A stretch of DNA of 64,000 bases from a virus: IMG/VR virus record IMGVR_UViG_3300035193_000030, positions 1 through 64,000 of that record. The stretch is one strand, 5' to 3'. Below the pieces are notes generated by a model, which was not told the DNA's origin, ran no database searches, and saw only the letters and a list, made by a program, of their open reading frames with translations. This document shows, piece after piece, positions 59,272 to 64,000 of this stretch; the first letter of the stretch is position 1; each line of letters opens with the position of its first letter. A program made the position numbers and the translations under genes.

Positions 59272-59458
59272 TCTCCTTTATTATTTTACTTTTTGAATTG
59301 TAAATGATGTATTTGAATACTCAAAGTTGATTATTTCACCGTTTACTTCTATTATTTTTGGGGAAATGTTAATTTCTGTAATAATTACATTATTATTAGA
59401 ATTGTATTCTTTAATCAATTCTTCTATTTTATTTATAAAATCACATGCGTTCATATAG

Positions 59459-59959
59459 TTAAATAATTTTAAAAGTTTTTGTTTCCATATCAGGCCATAA
59501 ATATTTCCCGTTGTTAAATCCTTTATCCTCAGGCCAAAGTGGTTCGTAAAATTCAGGTTTTTTTTCTATCAATCTCGCTCGCATTGCACGATGGAAATCT
59601 TCGTTTCCCATCCACCAAAGGGGTTCTACGCATCCTTCAAGGTAATTATCTAATTGAATTGGTGAGTATGGTTTATATTTTGTATTTATTTTATGTTTTT
59701 TTATATTAACCAATAAGTAACAATTGAAATAATATTTTAAAGCTTCAATATCAGCCCCCCACATTTTAACAGCAGGGTGATTCTTCCATGGGAATTGTTT
59801 TAATTTAAAGGGTTCTGATAATTCTTTATAAGAATCAGATTGCATACCTATAAGAGTGTCTATGATTTGCTTTGCTTCAATAACTTGTTTCCAGCAACGT
59901 TTTTTGTCTATTGCTTGTGCTGACCGTAAAAAATCTGCGTAAGGTAAGAATGTTTGCAT
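59459..59959 (-). CDS. Pyrimidine-dimer DNA glycosylase (DenV/MSMEG_6728-like)
   Basis: MQTFLPY.DF..SA..ID.KR..KQ..E..QI, W.NHPAVKMW. Confidence 0.75.
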   Translation of the reverse strand: MQTFLPYADFLRSAQAIDKKRCWKQVIEAKQIIDTLIGMQSDSYKELSEPFKLKQFPWKNHPAVKMWGADIEALKYYFNCYLLVNIKKHKINTKYKPYSPIQLDNYLEGCVEPLWWMGNEDFHRAMRARLIEKKPEFYEPLWPEDKGFNNGKYLWPDMETKTFKII

Positions 59960-60002
59960 AATTTATAAATTCACGAAACAAATGTATAAAAAATATTTTA
60001 AA

Positions 60003-61541
60003 CTACCAAAAACTACCAATAAATGGGCGTCCACACCGAAGGTTTTGCAATACATGAATCTGATTCCGTATATTAAAATCCCCTTCTCGAATTACAATTT
60101 CATTTATTCTCATTATCCCAATTTCTTTTTCTCGCCCGTGTGCATCTTGATTTAATCCATACATTGCTGTAACGTGCCCGTATTTTCTTTTATCTTCACT
60201 AAAATTAGTCATTCTTAACGTATCCTTTGCATAACTTTCCGCATCAGCTTGTGTTGCAGTTAAGATTAGACAATGTTTTTCCTGACCTAATCCTCTCAAT
60301 TGCTTCCATATATGGTTTTGTTTATGTCTTTCCTCTTTATAACTATTATCTTCTAATAAATCAGCATAATCTATTATAATCACATCAGGAACAAAATTAT
60401 CTTGTTTTTCCCAAATTCCTAAAATTGCTCTAATTTCATTGACACCTAAAGAACCATTAACGTGAGTAGAAAGACGAAAGGATCGTTTATTCTTAATAAA
60501 AAACTTTTCTATTGCTTCTTTTGCTTCATCTTCGGTTAAAGGCTCTTTTATTTTTATTTTCTTAATAAAAGGTGTTCCCCAAGGATTTTTATTAAATTCC
60601 TTGCAATTAAAACAATTCTTATAATCTTTATTATTTTTATAAACTTCTTTCAATTCTTTCATTGTAATCTTATAACGGTAATTTTCATCCTTATTACGAA
60701 ATAAACCGAAAGAACATTCACGTTCTTCCTTATCACAATTATCCAATTGATTATGTATACAATCTATTACAGGAATATAAAACTCCCCTGTATATTTTTC
60801 ATTATCTGACTTTCCTTTCAATGAAATGCAAATTCTTTTTAATTGTTGGTGTTCAGTCATATCACCTGCCTGGAAAAAAGCGACCTTCCTTTTTTGTGTA
60901 CATGCCTTCTTAGCACATTCAAGTAACCACCAGGTTTTTCCTCTTTTTTCAGGGGCTAAAAACGCTACAAATCCATCCCTTACAAATTGATCATTCCAAA
61001 AACGTCCTAATTCTTTTGGGAATTGTATTAATACCTCAGTTGATTTATTAAATACCTGCCCTATCTTATTCATCACATTTTCTTTATCTTCAAAATTAAT
61101 ACAATTCCCCATTTCTTTTGATAATGGACGATACCCTGATGCCATATTTTCTGCTTCATAAAGTAAACCTTGTTCGGCTAACCCTTTTATTTTGTCAGAA
61201 AAACGAATTAAATTTCTTTCATTAAAGAATTGTAATGCTTTATCCGTATAATATTCTACATTAAAATCATCATTTACATATTCTTCTGACAAGCCAGGTA
61301 ATATATCTTCTTCTATTTCTTGTATTATTTCTTTTTGCAAGCCTTTACCTGCCTTTGCGTAAAGTATAGATTCAATTTCTCTCCCAGGAGCTTTATTGTA
61401 TTTATTAAAATAATCTAAACACCAACTAGCTAATCTTTTTGCAATACTACTTTCAAATAATGCAACATCCCATTTACCTTTTATACGTTGATTAAATTCT
61501 GTGGAAACTATTAATCCAATTACTATCTTTCGTTCTATCAT
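60003..61541 (-). CDS. Replicative DnaB-like helicase
   Basis: APEKRGKT Walker A, IIIDYADL Walker B, TATQ, SEDKRK. Confidence 0.85.
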   Translation of the reverse strand: MIERKIVIGLIVSTEFNQRIKGKWDVALFESSIAKRLASWCLDYFNKYNKAPGREIESILYAKAGKGLQKEIIQEIEEDILPGLSEEYVNDDFNVEYYTDKALQFFNERNLIRFSDKIKGLAEQGLLYEAENMASGYRPLSKEMGNCINFEDKENVMNKIGQVFNKSTEVLIQFPKELGRFWNDQFVRDGFVAFLAPEKRGKTWWLLECAKKACTQKRKVAFFQAGDMTEHQQLKRICISLKGKSDNEKYTGEFYIPVIDCIHNQLDNCDKEERECSFGLFRNKDENYRYKITMKELKEVYKNNKDYKNCFNCKEFNKNPWGTPFIKKIKIKEPLTEDEAKEAIEKFFIKNKRSFRLSTHVNGSLGVNEIRAILGIWEKQDNFVPDVIIIDYADLLEDNSYKEERHKQNHIWKQLRGLGQEKHCLILTATQADAESYAKDTLRMTNFSEDKRKYGHVTAMYGLNQDAHGREKEIGIMRINEIVIREGDFNIRNQIHVLQNLRCGRPFIGSFW

Positions 61542-62338
61542 ATTGCTAATGGTAATTTATTTAATATCTTCATACTAACATGTGTATAAATTTCAGTTGT
61601 TTTGCTTGAGGAATGCCCTGCAAGTTTCTGAATTATTCTTAAATCCACTCCCTGATCAGTCAAATTTGTAAAACATGAATGTCTAAGAAGATGAAAATGA
61701 TATTCTTCTCCCAAATATCGTTTAACTATTTTATTACAACTTCCGGCAGAATATTTTAAACAATTTTGCCCATTAAACAAATATTTCTTTGGTTTATATT
61801 GTTTGTAATATTTTCTTAATAATTCCAATAAAGTAGGGGTTAATGGGACTATTCTATCTTTGTTACCCTTCGCTTGTCTTACATTTATTATCATTCTTTT
61901 ACTATCAACATCCGTAATTTTTAAATTTATTACCTCTGATACTCTTAATCCTACTGAATAAGATAATGATATTATGGCTTTATGTTTTAAATTTTTTATT
62001 TGTTTTATTGTATTTAATAAATAATCTTTATTAATAACCTGTGGCAAATGTTTTTCTTTCCTTGGGCGTTTAAAATCAATTTTGTTATATTTTTTACCCA
62101 AAACTTTTTCCCACCCAAATTTTATGGCATTTATGATTTGATTTTGCTGTGAAATGGAAGAATAATCAAAATTTAATAAATAATTTTGTATATCATTGGC
62201 GTTTAAATGTTGAGGATATTTATTAAATGACTGTAAAAATTTTTCAAAATAATGTCTATATATTTCAATTGTTCTTTCTGAATAATTGAAATATTTTAAT
62301 TTTTGAATATAAATTTTTAAAAAATTAGTATGTAACAT
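61538..62338 (-). CDS. Tyrosine recombinase, integron-integrase-like but lacking the IntI-specific insertion
   Basis: YSERT..Y, QNQ.INAIKF, LPQV, GLRVSE (R), KG.KDR (K), HLLRH (H-x-x-R), GH...TT.IYTH (H, Y). Confidence 0.9.
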   Translation of the reverse strand: MLHTNFLKIYIQKLKYFNYSERTIEIYRHYFEKFLQSFNKYPQHLNANDIQNYLLNFDYSSISQQNQIINAIKFGWEKVLGKKYNKIDFKRPRKEKHLPQVINKDYLLNTIKQIKNLKHKAIISLSYSVGLRVSEVINLKITDVDSKRMIINVRQAKGNKDRIVPLTPTLLELLRKYYKQYKPKKYLFNGQNCLKYSAGSCNKIVKRYLGEEYHFHLLRHSCFTNLTDQGVDLRIIQKLAGHSSSKTTEIYTHVSMKILNKLPLAI

Positions 62339-62391
62339 ATTTAGTACAAATTAATTAGCATTACAATTTTATATATAATAGTTCAAGTCAA

Positions 62392-62706
62392 TTACGCTTC
62401 GCTTAGAAATTGTTTAAGTGTGCAATCACATTTATTTGAACCAGCAATACTTCCATTAAAGTTATAATACGGAACTTGCCCAGTATCTCCACACTTAAAA
62501 CATTTCACACTACGCTTGACGGTAGCTTCATTTAAAATTTTTATAGCTTTTTTTAAGTTACGAATATTCCTTCCATTCTCAATTACATGTTTGTGCCCTA
62601 TTTCTTTTACAATTCTCTTATCAGACTTAGCCCATTCTTTAGAATCAGAATATTCTTTTTCTAATTCTTTAATTTTTTGTTCTAATAATTCTATTACATA
62701 TTTCAT
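62392..62706 (-). CDS. Cassette protein: coiled coil + CxxCxxxG zinc finger
   Basis: CFKCGDTG...CDC; stop codon inside the terminal repeat. Confidence 0.7.
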   Translation of the reverse strand: MKYVIELLEQKIKELEKEYSDSKEWAKSDKRIVKEIGHKHVIENGRNIRNLKKAIKILNEATVKRSVKCFKCGDTGQVPYYNFNGSIAGSNKCDCTLKQFLSEA

Positions 62707-62743
62707 AATTAAAATTTTAAATTCTCACTACCTAATTGACTTG

Positions 62744-62887
62744 AACGGGCGCGGTGTGTCCGCTCTTATCATTCTTTTCCCGAGCGAAGCGAACGTGCCT
62801 CGAACAAGGTGTAAACTGAATTTAATACTTTTCTCTTGCTCGTTCCTCACAAGCGGTATTAAACTACAGTTTCACACCGCGCCCGTT
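62744..62887. repeat. attC-like hairpin 1
   Basis: Perfect 15-bp IR AACGGGCGCGGTGTG/CACACCGCGCCCGTT plus an imperfect IR 62808-62828 / 62856-62878. Confidence 0.8.
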
Positions 62888-62905
62888 ACCAACAATAAAA
62901 AATTA

Positions 62906-63283
62906 TTATCGGTGTAAGTAAACATTAGTTCTTTCGGTGTCGCCGTCTCGCTCGAACCATCCAAAATAAACCTTTTTCTTCCTGCCTAGTACGTGTGGTG
63001 CTATCCAATCAATAAATGTATTTAATTCTTCGCTCTCGTAGTTAATATCGGTATGTATGGCAAGTTCCCATCCATTTTTTACCTCTTTTACATAAGGTTT
63101 ATCATACCCACCATACCCCATTGTTGCAAACATCTGGTACCATCTTTGTGTGTCAAAAAATGGATTCTTCTCGTATGGGGCATCGTGGTTATTTTCAATA
63201 CATTTATTTAGCCACTCTATCAAACTTTCGGGAGTATTCCTACCAAGGTTTATTTTTAACTTTATCTCAGTTATGTAGCTCAT
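62906..63283 (-). CDS. Cassette protein, hypothetical
   Basis: 125-aa ORF filling the space between 19/22-bp inverted repeats. Confidence 0.75.
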   Translation of the reverse strand: MSYITEIKLKINLGRNTPESLIEWLNKCIENNHDAPYEKNPFFDTQRWYQMFATMGYGGYDKPYVKEVKNGWELAIHTDINYESEELNTFIDWIAPHVLGRKKKVYFGWFERDGDTERTNVYLHR

Positions 63284-63300
63284 AATTTTTAAAAGTTGGT

Positions 63301-63420
63301 AACAATGTACATAGGTAATTTGCCGTGTTTCATTGTTACAGTTGTTTGTAATTCAAATTTATCTCTTTGTTGTTACTTAATGCGTCAAGCAGGGGCAAAC
63401 ATACCCATGTACTCAACGTT
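63301..63420. repeat. attC-like hairpin 2
   Basis: AAC-aat-GTACATAGGTAATTTGCC ... GGCAAACATACCCATGTAC-tcaac-GTT, imperfect stem with bulge. Confidence 0.75.
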
Positions 63421-63679
63421 ATGGCAAATGCGAGAGCATTATTTTACAAAGTTCATCTGCATCTAATCCATAAACGCTTATTAGTTCACTACTGTAGTAT
63501 TCGTTTTTATTATATATCTGGTAAAACTTATCTTTCTCATAGTTATAGTCAATATTATCTAATGTAGGCGAAGCACTTACCATAACACTAAATAAATTCC
63601 ATAACTCAGTTTGTGCCTGTTCGGGGGTCAGTTCTCCGTTTGCAACTTTTGTAAGTAATTCTAACTGTTGTTCTTTCAT
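63419..63679 (-). CDS. Chimeric cassette protein spanning a recombination site
   Basis: Start and first ~31 codons lie in hairpin 3; the remainder lies in cassette 63418-63586. Confidence 0.7.
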   Translation of the reverse strand: MKEQQLELLTKVANGELTPEQAQTELWNLFSVMVSASPTLDNIDYNYEKDKFYQIYNKNEYYSSELISVYGLDADELCKIMLSHLP

Positions 63680-63706
63680 ATCGTTACGGTATTTATTATT
63701 TTCGTT
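63584..63706. repeat. attC-like hairpin 3 (coding)
   Basis: AAC-acta-AATAAATTCCATAAC ... GTTACGGTATTTATT-attttc-GTT, 13/15 match. Confidence 0.75.
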
Positions 63707-63765
63707 GTAATTAAAACGAAACTACAACACATTATATAAATAATGCGCTGTAGCTCGTATCAACT

Positions 63766-63987
63766 TTATTCCTCTCCCACGCACCATTCTAAAGTTTCAA
63801 TCTTATAACCATATAAAGCCAAATGCCTTGTTACCATATCAGCATACGGTGGCAACATAGGTACTTTACCGCTTTCAATATCTTTCCATTGGTCATCCCA
63901 AGTCTTTTTTTCAGCCTTTAGTTCGGCAATTTTGTCTTTAACTTCTTGTTCGCTTTTCATTTTATTAAGTAATGCCCACGCTCGCAA
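63766..63987 (-). CDS. hypothetical protein in the array (probable start MKSEQ at 63960)
   Basis: MKSEQEVKDKI...KIETLEWC small helical phage protein. Confidence 0.6.
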   Translation of the reverse strand: MRAWALLNKMKSEQEVKDKIAELKAEKKTWDDQWKDIESGKVPMLPPYADMVTRHLALYGYKIETLEWCVGEE

Positions 63988-64000
63988 ACGTGGAGGTTTA

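Larger units (their letters stand above)
62381..64000 (-). mobile_element. Integron-like cassette array with attC-like sites
   Basis: Cassettes bounded by their own GTT.../...AAC inverted repeats (62381-62746, 62885-63303, 63418-63586, 63704-63728) and separated by imperfect hairpins. Confidence 0.75.

Noticed and set aside
61538-62338. Ordinary lysogeny integrase implying a prophage boundary
   Set aside because: No arm-binding domain, repressor or host genes nearby; phage-type genes continue on both sides.
62381-63303. Invertible segments (shufflon) or IS/MITE ends
   Set aside because: Each inverted-repeat pair has a different sequence, all genes share one orientation, and there is no transposase or target duplication; an attC-like model fits better, though inversion is not experimentally excluded.
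1-64000. Alternative genetic code / stop-codon recoding
   Set aside because: Core genes are full length and densely packed under the standard code.

Overview
About 64 kb of an AT-rich, long-tailed (siphovirus-like) dsDNA bacteriophage genome. The host is probably Bacteroidota; this is inferred from mostly SD-less A/T-rich leaders and a Bacteroidota-like ECF sigma factor. Layout: (1) 1-10.3 kb, minus strand: primase, two Ser-X repeat mini-genes, a TopoVI-A-like protein, an SNF2 helicase and short early genes. These early genes are separated by two type I hammerhead ribozymes and three tRNA-like T-arm/acceptor elements. (2) 11.5-42.5 kb, plus strand: terminases, accessory/lysis genes, portal and head genes, a nine-gene glycosyl/methyl/sulfo-transferase cassette between the capsid and neck genes, and tail genes with a -1 frameshifted chaperone. 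(3) 42.5-61.5 kb, minus strand, replication/recombination: split SbcC with SbcD, ECF sigma, RuvC, RecA, SSB, clamp loader, split UDG-exo/PolA, beta clamp, MTase, QueE/QueD, DenV-like and DnaB-like genes. (4) 61.5-64 kb: an IntI-like tyrosine recombinase lacking the integron-specific insertion, directly downstream of an array of GTT...AAC-bounded cassettes separated by attC-like imperfect hairpins. In one case the hairpin itself supplies the start codon and N-terminus of the next cassette's protein. This phage-borne integron-like shuffling system is the best candidate for an undescribed system. All calls come from reading motifs by eye; no database searches were run.
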